From: Neocallimastix sp. 'constans'
Taxonomy: Eukaryota
Length of the DNA: 64,000 nt
Direction: 5' to 3'
Assembly: GCA_050613775.1 (NCBI GenBank)
Contig: JBODTK010000160.1
Span: 186,001 to 250,000 of the forward strand
Shown here: piece after piece, positions 29,716 through 44,716 of the stretch
Numbering within the stretch: position 1 is the stretch's first letter
Layout: the number at the start of each line of letters is the position of its first letter
Position numbers and translations under genes: made by a program
Notes under the pieces: model-generated
The model's database searches: none
What the model was told of the DNA's origin: nothing
The model's input: the letters and a program-made list of their open reading frames with translations, nothing else

Positions 29716-32700
29716 ATATATATATATTAAAAAAAAAAAGGAATAATATTATAAAAAAAGGATTAATTTTATAAAAAAGGTATTAATATTATAAAAAAGG
29801 GATTAATATTATAAAAAAGGGATTAATATTATAAAAAAGGGATTAATATTAAAAAAAAGGGAATAATATATTATAAAAAAAGGAATAGTATAAATTAAAA
29901 AAAAGAAATTTAAAGAAATAAATAAAAAATTATATAAATTCAATTAAAAATATTAATAGTATAATATTATATTTTCAAAAAAGAAATTCGTTCTTTTTTT
30001 TCTTTTTTTAATTATCTTTTCTTAAATTATAGTTAATTAGTTCACTTTTATTGGTTCTTAATTTAAATATAAAAATTTTCATATTTATTAAGTCATAAAT
30101 TGTCTTTTTCTAACAAAATTTATCATTAATATTCTATCTATTTATATATACATATCCAGTTATATTTGCATATCCAGTTGTATTTTCATATCCAGTTTAA
30201 TTTACATATCTTATGAGATGTATTAAATAATTTTGAATAATTGTCAACAAATTAAAATTATCAAATATTTATATATTTATATATATTAATATTTTTTTAA
30301 CTATAAATTGTATTAATAAATATTGATTAAAATATATTTATGAAAATAATATTAACAAAATTATTTATAGTTATAATATTAAATTTTAGTTTTATATTTT
30401 TATATTTTTAATATAAATATCTTTTCATATATATTTATTTGTTTTTTTAATGAGAATAAAAATATTTTTTAAAAAAATTTTTTTAAGTAAAATTTTATTA
30501 AAATTAAATATTATTGTTATAAATAAAACTCTATTTTTATTATTTAAACTACATATTAAGTCATTATATTAATTATTAATTGAAAGATAAAGGGGTTTAT
30601 ATATTATTTTTAGACTTGTTAATTATCTTTTATTATTTTATTCAATTCTTATAACAAAATATAAATTTAAAATTATCTTTACCATTTTTCTTATTAAAAA
30701 AATCACTATCCTATTTTTATATGATTTTATTATTAAATAATAATATTATATATATGAATGAAATTAAAAATATGAATAATAATCCAATCTGTGGTAGTTA
30801 TAAAATAGATATTATATTAATAAATTCATAAATATATTAAAATAAATATTAATATGAATTACTTAAATATATATACTTAATAATATCTCTAATTAATATA
30901 GTACTATGTCTGTTTATAAAAAATCTTATTGAATAAATTAAATTATAATTAATATATAGATATGAAATTCTAATTAAAAAAGTGAATATGTTATAGAAGT
31001 TAATGAATAAAAATAATTTTTGTATATAATTTATATAAATATCTATTAATTTTTAAACTATTCAAACCATTATTAAAAATAAATGTATTAATATTTGTTC
31101 AATAAGAAAAGATTAATCATTTTTCATATTTTAAATATAAAAATTAAAAGTTTAAAAAAATGAATTATACTATTAGTTAATAGCAAATGAATATTAAATT
31201 TTATAATTCATGTTATTGACAAATTATAAAAATCTTTCAAAAGCATTATTTTTTCAATTACATAATATGCAATATTATGTATTTATTTATATTCATTAAA
31301 AATTATATATATAATTTGTTGTATAGATTATATAACAAAATTAAATTGGAATTGAATACATTTGATTATTTTTTATGGGAAAATCGTTATTACTACTTAT
31401 AATTATAAAATTCTTTTTATAATATAATAAATAGTTGTATGTTTCATATTATAAAAAATTATTTGGCTTAGAAATAATTACTATATAAATAAATTGTGAA
31501 ATAATATATTAGAAAATACTTGTTGTCTTTATATTTTGAGAAAAAATCAAAAGAAGAAATTAATAGTTATTAGCTTTATTTTAAGAAATAGATACATTGT
31601 TTAATTTAAAAATAAATATAAAATTATTAAATTCTTTCTATATAAATTAATTACTTTACAAAAATCCTAAACACTGATTTTTATATTAATAAATTAACAT
31701 GAATAATAATTAAATATTTATATTTTATGTTTAAATAAATTTGAAATAATTATAAAAAAAACTTAAAAAAAATTAAAAATAATTTTTTATCATTTATCTA
31801 TTTTATTAATAAAATTTAGTATTAAAATATTATGTACATAATTGAAATTTCTCAATATGAAACATTATTAAACTAATAATTATTAATAAAATATATATTA
31901 TATTAAAATACAACATATTTAATATATTATAATATTATTTAGTATATATATTTTTTTTCATAATAATTTAAATTATTAATAACGCAATAATTTTTTTACT
32001 GGATGATTTTTTATTAATAATAATTTTTGTAATTATCTACAATGATGATAATTTACTTTTGAATATCTGTATTAATAATCTTTAATTATAAGGTCGCTAA
32101 TTTTATTTTATTATTGTTAAGACAAGGTTTATTTTTTTAATTAATGAAATATAAAAATTATCTTTTAAAATTTATATTGTCTAAATTTACAAAGATTAAT
32201 AATGATTTAAATACTTATTTAGATTTTGAATCATATTAATTTTTCATATTAGCAAGATTGGTGAAATTTTTTTTATTTGATGAACATTAATTTAAATTTT
32301 AATATATTTATGAAATATTATGATCTTTAATTATTTAAATTTACTAAATATAAATATAATTTTTTCTTTTTTTTATAATAATAAAAAAATTTTTACAATA
32401 ATAAAAAAAAATTACTTCTTATATTATCTAAATTTTCAAATGAGTCTGAGACTAAAAAAAATTTATATACTAATTTTTTTTTAATATAATTTCAATCAAT
32501 TTCACTAAGATTGGAAAAAACTATTATTTTTTATTTAATAAAATATTATTTTAATTATTAAAAATGAAATACTTTATATTTTTGTTTTTGTTAATATATT
32601 AAAATTATATATATATTTCTATAATATAAAAAAATATAATTATATAACACTTTCATAAATCTATTTTTTTAAATATTAATTATTTTTAATATTTCATTTA

Positions 32701-32925
32701 GAGACTATTATTGCATAATAAAATTCTTAGTTTTTTTTTTTTTAAAAAAAAAATTACAATCTATATTTATTAAATTTTTAATTAAAAATAAAGACATAAA
32801 AATGACTATAAAGAATTATTTGATTATATCAACTGCATTATAAATAATATATTTAATTTTTTTTTCTAATTTTTTTTAAATTTTATTAATATTAATAAAA
32901 TTTAAAATTAGAATTAAATTTTTTA

Positions 32926-33290
32926 ATATATCTTTTATAAAAAAGATATTTTTAGAAAAAAAAAAGGAATTATATAATTAGTTTAAGATCTAAAATCATT
33001 TATTTTAAAATTATTTTATAATTAAATTGTTTTATTATTAAATTATTTTATTCTTAAATTGTTTTATTATATCAAAAAACAAAAAATTGAATAATTATTT
33101 AAAATTTATATATCTTTTATAAAAAAGATATTTTTAGAAAAAAAAAAGGAATTATATAATTAGTTTAAGATCTAAAATCATTTATTTTAAAATTATTTTA
33201 TAATTAAATTGTTTTATTATTAAATTATTTTATTCTTAAATTGTTTTATTATATCAAAAAACAAAAAATTGAATAATTATTTAAAATTTA
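32926..33290. repeat. Near-exact ~183-bp tandem duplication
   Basis: ATATCTTTTATAAAAAAGATATTTTTAG...GAATAATTATTTAAAATTT occurs twice in a row. Confidence 0.85.
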
Positions 33291-35439
33291 ATTAATAATT
33301 GTAAATAAATATCTAATATTATTATTTGTAGTCTATTATTTGTAGTCTTTTCATTGATAAAATGTTATTTTAATTTTGTAATTATGTAGTCATAATATTT
33401 ATAATAAATTTTAGTAATAGTATATTAAAATTTTATTTATATAAAATTTTAATAAATTAATTAATTAAAAGGAATTTCATATTAAAAATTTTTTTCATTT
33501 ATTTATAATAAAATTATATTATTAACAAGAAAGAAAATTTAGTATTGAGAAAAAAAAAAAAAAAAAAAGAAAAAAGATTTTAAAAATATATTAATTTAAC
33601 TTAGTAATATAATATCTTTAAATAAAGTTTATTTTATTTTATTTATTCAATTCTTTTATATTATTTATTATATCATAAATTTTCAATATACCCATTTTTT
33701 TATTGACTATATATACAATTATATACTATATAGTGATTATAACTATATAATAAAAGATTTCATTAAGAAAGTGAAAAGAAAAGTTAATAGAAATAATTTT
33801 ATAAACTTTTTGTATTGAATTGTGTAATGAATTGCATTAATAAATATTAATAATAATAATAATAAATATAATAAATATAATATCAAAAAATTTTATGACA
33901 TAATATTTTATATTAATATTTTTTTTCAGTGATCCATTACATTTTAAAAATAATTAAAATAAATTAAAATAATTATTGTCTGAAATAATGAAAATTATAT
34001 AAATAATTTGTTGGTAAATAATAGAATTCTCTAACAAATTAGAAATTTCTTTTTTAAATGGACATTGAATCAATTTGAGTATTATTTTTGAGGAAATATT
34101 AATTATAAAATTTTTTTTTCAGTCAATCAATTTAAAGTTCAAATCCTATTTATTCCTTAAATGGATTAAAATGCTTATTGATTGAATAATAGTAATTAAT
34201 TATTTTATTATTTTATTACATATTACAATATATATTTTATTTTATATAATTTTTTTCCTTATTTATTTCAAATTAAATTTCTTTATTTTTTAATTAAAGT
34301 ATATAATAACTAAAAATAAATATAAATTCATTAAATAAATATGATCATGATCATGATGATTATGGATTTATAAAAATAAATTAACATTAATGATAATTGA
34401 AATTACCAAAATATAAATTATTATATTTTGATAATTTAATTTAATACTTAATATTTACATGTTTTTTAATATATATATATAAATATTCAAATTTTAAATT
34501 TTTATGTAAAATTAAATTTATTTTTAGAAATGCTAAGTTTAATATAAATTTAAATAAATTTAAAAAATTAAATTATTTATGATTGTTTATTTACTTTTAT
34601 AGTATATAATGTTTATTTTTACATGAACGTTCATTTCAGTAGTAAAATACCTTTAGTATTATTTAAATTTTCTTTAAGACACATTAAAATAATTAATAGT
34701 ATATAAATATTATATATGTTATATTTAATAAAGGTAAAATATTTTCTATATAATAATATTATTATTTAGTATTTTCTTTTATTTGATTTTTTTAATTACA
34801 TTAATAAAAATATATAAATTCTCTAAAATATTTTCTTCATAAATAGATAAAAATTAATTATATATATAATGCTATTAAGATCAAATCTCAATAATGATAA
34901 TAATTTGAATTTGATCTATACCAATTTAATAAATTTTAATTATAATTGAAATATCTATATAATAAATTATTCTGTTAATATTAGGATCAATTTTTAATTA
35001 ATTAAAATATGAAAGTAATTTTTATATTTAAAATAATTTTAAAATTTTTATATTGTCTAAATTTTCAAAAATGTATGAGACTAAAAATAATAATTTTTAA
35101 AAACTTTATTTTTGTTAATAAAATTTCGAATCATTTAAAATTGACAAATTATTTTAATTTCTATTTGACAAAAATTAATTTAAATTTTAATTTATTAAAA
35201 TATAATATTTCTATAAACTTTAATCATATTAATATGTTATAAACTATTTTATCTTTGATTTATATTAATGAAAAAAAAAATATAAAAATGAAGATTTTTT
35301 TCTTTGAAAAAAATTTTTTTTATTATTATAATATTCTTTTTTTTTTTTAATATTTGATAAATATTTCCTTTAAATAATATTAATAATAGATATAATTAAA
35401 AATTTTTTTAAAATAATTTAAGCTGAAAATTTTAAAACA

Positions 35440-35829
35440 ATGGATACTAACAATACTCATCACTATCGTCATGTTATTCCAATGATGATGCGTCTCAAAA
35501 GAGAACCATCTTGTAAAAATATGGAATTTAAACCAAAATCTCCATTTCCTAATGCAGATATGGTCCTTAAAAAAATTAAAAGTGAAGGTAATAAAAATCC
35601 AAGTATTCATGATCTTGCGAAAGCTTTATTCCTTGAATGTAATAAATGGTTAAAAGCGAATGGATTTAAAGAATTTGTTCCAAGTCAGAATCTTGGATGG
35701 ACTTTAAAGGATGGAATTCTTTCTCGTCCAGGAGCTAAAGTTTGCTTTGATGCTAAATCTGTTACAAGAAAACACTCAGTTCCTCAAGCTATATTAAATA
35801 CTATTCAATGTAATGAAAGACAAATATAA
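35440..35829 (+). CDS. Unknown small basic protein family, copy 6 (129 aa)
   Basis: Intact paralogous ORF, nearly identical to copy 5. Confidence 0.9.
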   Translation: MDTNNTHHYRHVIPMMMRLKREPSCKNMEFKPKSPFPNADMVLKKIKSEGNKNPSIHDLAKALFLECNKWLKANGFKEFVPSQNLGWTLKDGILSRPGAKVCFDAKSVTRKHSVPQAILNTIQCNERQI

Positions 35830-36519
35830 AAGGATGAATAAGTAATAATTTTTATTTTTAAATATTATGATTTTAGTTTCTGTGAGAAATAAAATTCAAA
35901 AAAAATGTGTAATATAACTGCAATAAATTAATTTATATTTAGGGCCATGTGAACTATATAATAAATAAATAAAATTAAAATGCTTTTTTTAATCTTTTCA
36001 ATTTCTTTTTAAATTTCATAAATATTAATGAAATTTAAAATTGAAATAAATTAGAATTAAATCTCCTTTTTTCTCTTAAACAGTTTTTTTATTTTTTTTT
36101 TTAAAAAAAAAAAGAAGTTTCAATATACCATGTATATAAATATATAATGAATCTAGAAAATATAATAATAATATATATATATATATATATTATAAATATA
36201 TAATAATGTGAAATAAATAATGTTATATAAAATATGTAAATATATGTATAAATTGATAATAAAAATAAATATTACTGTAATATAATTATACTCATTAATT
36301 TTATTCATTAAAATAAATGCACATATATAAAATACATTAAAATGAATGCTATATATATATAATATTAATAATAATAAAAATAAATATTACTGCAAATAGA
36401 ATTTTATTCATTAATTTTACTCTTTAATTTTACTCTTTAATTTTACTCACTAAATTTATTATTTAATTTTACTCATTACTTTTACTTATTAAAATAAAAA
36501 ATATGTATATAAATACATA

Positions 36520-36815
36520 ATGTAAAATATTAAATGTTAAATAAAATATTAAATATTAAATAAAATATTAAATGTTAAATAAAATATTAAATGTTATATA
36601 AAATATTAAATATTAAATAAAATATTAAATGTTAAATAAAATATTAAATGTTAAATAAAATATTAAATATTAAATAAAATATTAAATGTTAAATAAAATA
36701 TTAAATGTTAAATAAAATATTAAATATTAAATAAAATATTAAATGTAAAATAAAATATTGAATGTTAAATAAAATATTAAATGTTAAATAAAATATTGAA
36801 TGTTAAATAAAATAT
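36520..36815. repeat. 19-bp minisatellite (AAATAAAATATTAAATGTT)n
   Basis: Read directly from the sequence. Confidence 0.9.
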
Positions 36816-36981
36816 ATAAATATATGAATAAATTGATAATAATAAAAATAAATATGTTAATGTAAATATAATTCACTCATTATTTATAATCTAAAAAAGC
36901 ATATTATTTTATGTTAATGTTTAAAAGGAATTTATATTATTTTAATATTATTTAAATTATTTATTTTTTGACATTAAATAC

Positions 36982-37027
<46 letters not shown>

Positions 37028-37079
37028 ATTTTTCTATTAAATAATTTTCAAATTTATTATTATTTTTTTTTTTTAAAAG

Positions 37080-37395
37080 AAAAAAGGAATAGTATTATAA
37101 AAAAGGACTAATATTATAAAAAAGGGAATAATATATTATAAAAAAGGACTAATATTATAAAAAAGGGAATAATATATTATAAAAAAGGACTAATATTATA
37201 AAAAAGGGAATAATATATTATAAAAAAGGACTAATATTATTAAAAAGGACTAATATTATAAAAAAGGACTAATATTATTAAAAAGGACTAATATTATAAA
37301 AAAGGACTAATATTATTAAAAAGGACTAATATTATAAAAAAGGGAATTATATATTATAAAAAAGGGAATTATATATTATAAAAAAGGGAATAGTA
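37080..37395. repeat. Minisatellite (AAAAAGGACTAATATTAT / AAAAAAGGGAATAATATATTAT)n
   Basis: Read directly; shorter arrays at ~20890-20985, ~26460-26580 and ~29730-29890. Confidence 0.9.
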
Positions 37396-40174
37396 TAAAT
37401 TAAAAAAAGAAATTAAAAGAAATAAATAAAAAATTATATAAATTCAATCAAAAATATTAATAGTATAATATTATATTTTCAAAAAAAGAAATTCGTTCTT
37501 TTTTTTCTTTTTTTAATTATCTTTTCTTAAATTATAGTTAATTAATTCACTTTTATTGGTTCTTAATTTAAATATAAAATTTTTCATATTTATAAAGTCA
37601 TAAATTGTCTTTTTCTTACAGAATTTATCATTAATATTCTATCTATTTATATATGCTTATCCAGTTGTGTTAACATATCCATTTGTGTTATCATATCCAG
37701 TTGTGTTAACATATCCAGTTGCGTTTACATATCTTGTTGTATTTACATATTCAAGTTATATTTACATATCCAGTTGTATTTGCATATTCATCTGTATTTT
37801 ATTTAATTTAAATTTAATTATTTAAATGAATTTTAATATAAATTTAAATAAACATTGACATGTTTTTATTACTATATTACGAATAGATATATATAATAAA
37901 AATATAAAAAATATACAGTTTACTAATTATAAATGAAAAAAAAAGTTGATTATTTTTTTAAATTTGATATATATTAAATAAATATCTAATAATTAATTTA
38001 TATTATATTACTACTTATTAAATAATTATATTAATTAAAAGATAAAGTGGTTTATATATTATTTTTAGAATTGTTAATTTTTATTATTGTATTCAGTTCT
38101 TAAAACAAGATAAAATATTTTGTTATCTTAACTATTTTTCTTATTAAAAAAATCATTATCCTATTTTTATATGATTTTATTATTAAATAATAATATTAAA
38201 TAATATTACTATAAATATAACTGAAATTAATTATGTTCATAAACTTTTTTTCATTTTTTATGTTGAGTTTTATTAAAATAACCATATATAAATATATATT
38301 CTTTATATAAATGTAGTAACAATGATTATTATTTTTATATTAATAAATTAACATAAATAATAATTAATCAATATTTATATTTTATGTTTAAATAAATTTG
38401 AACTAATTATAAAAAAACTTAAAAAAAATTAAAACTAATTTTTTATCATTTACCTATTTTATTAATAAAATTTGGTATAAAAATATTATTTACAAAATTG
38501 AAATTTCTCAATATGAAACATTATTAAATTAATAATTATTAATAAAATATATATTATATTATATTTAAATACAATATATTTTACATATTATAATATTATT
38601 TTGTATTTTTTTTTTATAACAATTTAAATTATTAATAATGCAATAATTTTTTTACTAGATGATTTTTTATTAATAATAATTTTTGTAATTATCTACAATG
38701 ATGATAATTACTTTTGAATAACTTATTAATAATCTTTAAATATATGGTCGATAATTTTATTTTATTATTGATAAAACAAAGTACATTTTTATAATTAATG
38801 AATTATAAAAATTATCTTTAAAAATTTATATTGTCTAAATTTTCAAAGACTAATAATGATTTAAATATAATTTTTTTTTTTTTTTGATTTGATTTTGAAT
38901 CCGATTAATCATATTAACAAGATTGGTGAAATTTTTTTTTTTTTTTGATTAATGAACATTAATTTAAATTTTAATATATTAATGTAATACTACGAACTTT
39001 AATTATATAAATGAACTAAATATAATTTTTTTCTTTTATTTACAATAATAAAAAATAAATAATATATAAGTTCATTTTTCTTTTATATATATATATTTTA
39101 TTTTTTTTAATATTTTTAATTTAAATTTTTATAAATTTAAATTACTAGTTATTAAAAAATATGAAATGATTTTTTTTTTTTTTTTTTTTTTTTTAATTTT
39201 TTAAATTCAATTATTAATAAAATTTAAAATTAAAACTAAATTTCTATTTCTTTAAAAAAAGTTTTTTTTTAAGAAAAAAACTTATATTTAAGTATATAAA
39301 TATACTGTATATATATAAGTCTTAAATTTATAAAAATTTATAAAACTAATAGTAAAAAAAAAAAATTTGTAATAGTAAATAAAATATTACTAACTATTAT
39401 TTATAATCTTTTTAAGAAAATACTGTATTATATTAAATATATAATTTATAATATTAATAAGGTAAGGTAATTAATATTATTTTAATTTTTTATTAAAATT
39501 AATTATTTTTATGGTATTCATCAATTAATTAAAATGTAAAAAGAAGAAATTCATAAGTAATTTTTTTATTATTTTTAATAGAAAAACATAAATAAAATCA
39601 AAAATAAAAAAAATAAATATATATATTTTTATAAAAATTTTAGTAAATTTAAACTGTTATTTAAAAATAAGATGTGAAAATAATTAAAGAATTATGAGAT
39701 TTAAGACAAACCTAACTAATAAATAAATAGATTAATTTATTTTTTTATTTAATTGTAATTTTTTCAAATTTCACCTATATTATTAAAAATTTAATTTGAA
39801 ATAGAATTTCTAATTTTTTAAACAATTTTTTTTTATTAATAAAAAAACTTAATAATCTAATATATATTTTATATGAATATTTTTAAGTTATATAAATATA
39901 ATATAAATATTTATCATAAAATGAATTTTAATAATGTTATATAAAAACAATTATATTATTACATTAAAACAAATAAACATTATATTTTATAATTAATCCA
40001 TTGACAAATTAAAAAATTTGTCAATATTTGATTTATGTAACAAATTTTATAAATATTACAATTTAATAATAAATAAAAATACCATAATATCTTTGAGTAA
40101 ATCGTTACTACTACTTCTAACTATATGATATTTTCAAATAATTAATTCAAATTTTTATAAGTTATAAAAGTTTT

Positions 40175-40209
<35 letters not shown>

Positions 40210-40272
40210 TTAATGAAATATAAAATGAAATCTTTTAATTTTTATATTATCTAAATTTTCAAATGAGTCTGA

Positions 40273-40310
<38 letters not shown>

Positions 40311-40785
40311 ATATACTAATTTTTTTAATATAATTTCAATCAATTTTACTTTAATAAAATATTATTTTAATTATTATAAATAAATTCTTTATATTTTTGT
40401 TTTTGTTAATATATTAAAATTATAAATTTTTATATTTATAATATAAAAAAAATATAATTATATATCCCTTTCATAATTTTTTATTTATTTTTTTTTTTAA
40501 TATTTCTTTTAGGGACTATTAATATTTAATATAATTCTTTATTTATTTTTAATTAAAAATCTAATAAATTTGGATTGTAATTTTTTTAAAAAAAAATTAA
40601 AAAGTGAAAATGACTATAAAAAATTATTTAGCTATTTCAACTACATTATAAATAAATATATTTAATTATTTTTTCTAATTTTTTTAAATTTTATTAATAT
40701 TAATAAAATTTAAAATTAGAATTAAAATTTTTTTTAAAAAATTTAATTATTTTAATATATTTTTTATAAAAATATAATTTTAGTC

Positions 40786-40817
<32 letters not shown>

Positions 40818-40824
40818 TAATTAG

Positions 40825-41395
40825 TAAAATCATTTATTTTAAAATCATTTTATTTTAAAATTATTTTATTATTAAATTATTTTATTATAAAATTATTTTA
40901 TTATTAAATTATTTTATTATTAAATTATTTTATTTTAATCTTATTTTATTATTTTATTTTAATCTTATTTTATTATTTTATTTTAATCTTATTTTATTAT
41001 TAAATTATTTTATTTTAAAATTATTTTATTACTAAATTATTTAATTATAAAATTATTTTATTTTATTCTTATTTTATTAAATTATTTTATTATTAAATCA
41101 TTTTATTTTAATCTTATTTTATTATTAAATCATTTTATTTTAATCTTATTTTATTATTAAATTATTTTATTTTAATCTTATTTTATTATTAAATTATTTT
41201 ATTTTAATCTTATTTTATTATTAAATTATTTTATTTTAATCTTATTTTATTATTTTATTTTAAATTATTTTATTTTAATCTTATTTTATTATTTTATTTT
41301 ATTCTTATTTTATTATTAAATTGTTTTATTTTAAAATTATTTTATTATTAAATTATTTATTTAATAAATTATTTTATTCTTATTTTATTATTAAA
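40825..41395. repeat. AT-rich minisatellite (TTATTTTATTATTAAA-like units)
   Basis: Read directly; expanded relative to the paralogous site near 33000. Confidence 0.8.
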
Positions 41396-43386
41396 TCAAT
41401 TAATTATTAAATTAATTAATTAATTAAAAGGAATTTAAACTTAGTAATATAATAATTTTTAAAAAAATTTCATTTTCTTTTATATATTCCATTATTTTAT
41501 ATTATTGATTAAATCAAAAATTTTCAATTATACCTATTTTTTATTGACTTTATTTACAATTATATATTATATAGTAATTAAACAAAAAAATATAACAATT
41601 GATTATTAAGAAAGTGAAAAGAAAAGTTTATAGAAATAATTTTATGAACTTTTTGTATTGAATTGTGTAATGAATTGCATTAATAAATAATAATAATAAT
41701 AATAATAAATATAATATTAAAAAATTTTTATTGTCATAATATTTAATATTAATATTTTTTTTCAGTGTTCCATTACATTTTAAAAATAATTAAAATAAAT
41801 TAAAATAATTATTGTCTGAAATAATGAAAGTTATATAAATAATTTGTTGGTAAATAATAGAATTCTCTAACAAATTAGAAATTTCTTTTGTAAATGGACA
41901 TTGAATCAATTTGAGTATTATTTTTGAGGAAATATTAATTATAAAATTTTTTTTTCAGTCAATCAATTTAAAGTTCAAATCCTATTTATTCCTTAAATGG
42001 ATTAACATGTTTATTGATTGAATAATAGTAATTAATTATTTTATTACATATAATATATTTAATTTTATATAATTTTTTTCTTTATTTATTTCAAATTAAA
42101 TTTCTTTATAAAGTATATAATAACTAAAAATAAATATTAATTCATTAAATAAATATGATCATGATGATTATTGATGTTATAAATATAAATTAACATTAAT
42201 GGTAATTAACTCAAAATATAAATAATTTATTATATTTTGGTAATTTAAATTTAATACTTAATATTTACTTGTTTTTTTATATGTATATGTATAAATATTT
42301 AAATTTTAAATTTTTATGTAAAATTAAATTTATTTTTAGAAATGCTAAGTTTAATATAAATTTTAAATAAATTTATAAAATTAAATTATTTATGACTGTT
42401 AATTTATTTTTATTTTTACATAAACGTTTATTTTAGTAGTAAAATACCTTTAGTATTATTTTAATTTTCTTTAAGAAACATTAAAATAATTAATAGTATA
42501 TAAATATTATATATGTTATATTTAATAAAGGTTAAACATTTTCTATATAATAATATTATTATTTAGTATTTTCTTTTATTTAATTTTATTTAATTACATT
42601 AAAATATATCAATTATCTAAAATATTTTTTACTTAAATAGATAAAAATTAATTGTATATATATAATACTATTATATTTTTAATTCTAACCATCTATATCT
42701 ATATTAAAATTTAACTTTTATTAGTAATACAATAATTTTTATTATATAATAATTTTTTATATTAATACATTAAATTTTATTTTAGAATGATTTTTTTTTT
42801 TAAGATCAAATATCTCAATATATAATGATAATAATTTGATCTATACCAATTTAATAATTTTTAATTATAATTAAAATATCTATATAATATATTATTCTGT
42901 TAATATTAGGATCAATTTTTAATTAATTAAAATATAAAAGTAATTTTTATATTTAAAATAATTTTAAATTTTTTATTGTCTAAATTTTCAAAAATGTATG
43001 AGACTAAAAATAATAATTTTTAAAAACTTTATTTTTGTTAATAAAATTTCGAATCATTTAAAATTGACAAATTATTTTAATTTCTATTTGACAAAAATTA
43101 ATTTAAATTTTAATTTATTAAAATATAATATTTCTATAAACTTTAATCATATTAATATGTTTAACTTTGATTAATGAAAAAAAAAATATATATAAAAATG
43201 CATTTTATCCTTTGATTAATGAAAAAAAAATATAAAAATGAAGATTTTTTTCTTTAAATAAAAACTTTTTTTATTATTATAATATTCTTTTTTTTTTAAT
43301 ATTTGATAAATATTTCCTTTAAATACTATTAATAATAGATATAATTAAAAATTTTTTAAAATAATTTAAGCTGAAAATTTAAAACA

Positions 43387-43776
43387 ATGGATACTAACAA
43401 TACTCATCACTATCGTCATGTTATTCCAATGATGATGCGTCTCAAAAGAGAACCATCTTGTAAAAATATGGAATTTAAACCAAAATCTCCATTTCCTAAT
43501 GCTGATATGGTCCTTAAAAAAATTAAAAGTGAAGGCAATAAAAATCCAAGTACCAATGATCTTGCGAAAGCTTTATTCCTTGAATGTAATAAATGGTTAA
43601 AAGCGAATGGATTTAAAGAATTTGTTCCAAGTCAGAATCTTGGATGGACTTTAAAGGATGGAATTCTTTCTCGTCCAGGAGCTAAAGTTTGTTTTGATGC
43701 TAAATCTATTATAAGAAAACACTCAGCTCATAAATTTTTATTAGATACTATTCAACATGATAATGTTAAAATTTAA
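43387..43776 (+). CDS. Unknown small basic protein family, copy 7 (129 aa, mosaic)
   Basis: 5' flank and N-terminal part match copies 5/6; C-terminus and 3' flank differ. Confidence 0.9.
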   Translation: MDTNNTHHYRHVIPMMMRLKREPSCKNMEFKPKSPFPNADMVLKKIKSEGNKNPSTNDLAKALFLECNKWLKANGFKEFVPSQNLGWTLKDGILSRPGAKVCFDAKSIIRKHSAHKFLLDTIQHDNVKI

Positions 43777-44683
43777 AATGAATTAATAATTTTAAATAAA
43801 AATGTTTTTATATTTACAAATATAATTAGCAACTCTGAAAAATGCAGAAGATGTAAAAGGATCTAATGAATAATGGGGTCAGAATTATATTAAATCAAAA
43901 TATGTAAAAATATTTGATAAAATTAAAAATAAAATTGTACTTAATATCTTTTTTTATACCAGGGACCATTTTTATTTATTATATTGAAATTATAATATAA
44001 TATACCATATTAATATATTGAATATATGACTTTTATATTGACTATATTCTAGTAATGTTAATTTAGCAATTAACACTATTGACGTATATAATTTATATTA
44101 ATAGTTATTTTGAAAGATGATATTAAAGATATATTATTACATTTTATGATAACAAATTTTGAAATTTGAAAGTATTAAATATATATATATATATTTACCT
44201 TCAAATTTTAAAATAACATAAAAATTTATTGATTTAATAATTAAAAACTTTTATATATATAAAAGATAATTATATATTAGTTTTTAATTTTTATATTCTT
44301 TATGGAATGTAAAATTAAATCGTGTATTATTACCAACTAATAGTTTGCATTTATAATATTGTATATAATAAATATTCTTTATAATACCATAGTAATATTA
44401 ATGTAAATAATTTCATGTATTTTTTTTAATAAATATTATTAAATAAATTTTACTCCTAGATATTATTAATAAATTTTTATCATTGTTTTAACAGTATAAC
44501 TCATATATTAACCAATGTATATAGAAGTTTTTTTATTTTTTTTTTCATTTAGCTTTTTTATTATATATATATATATATATATTTTACTGGTAACATAAAA
44601 AACTTTTTTTTCCATTATATATAATTATATATAATTATATATTTTAAAAAATTGACAATGATGAAAATAAAATATATATATAT

Positions 44684-44716
<33 letters not shown>

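Larger units (their letters stand above)
19348..43776 (+). repeat. Tandem segmental duplications (start-to-start spacing 5.6, 10.5 and 7.9 kb), each carrying one family gene
   Basis: Spacer landmarks recur in order: ACTCATTAATTTT repeats, AAAAAGGGAATAATAT repeats, TTACATATCCAGTT repeats, TTGTTCAATAAGAAAAG, CAAGATTGGTGAAATT, TGTATGAGACTAAAAA. Confidence 0.9.

Noticed and set aside
36520..37790. CRISPR-like arrays
   Set aside because: Head-to-tail minisatellites without unique spacers; no cas genes; eukaryotic context
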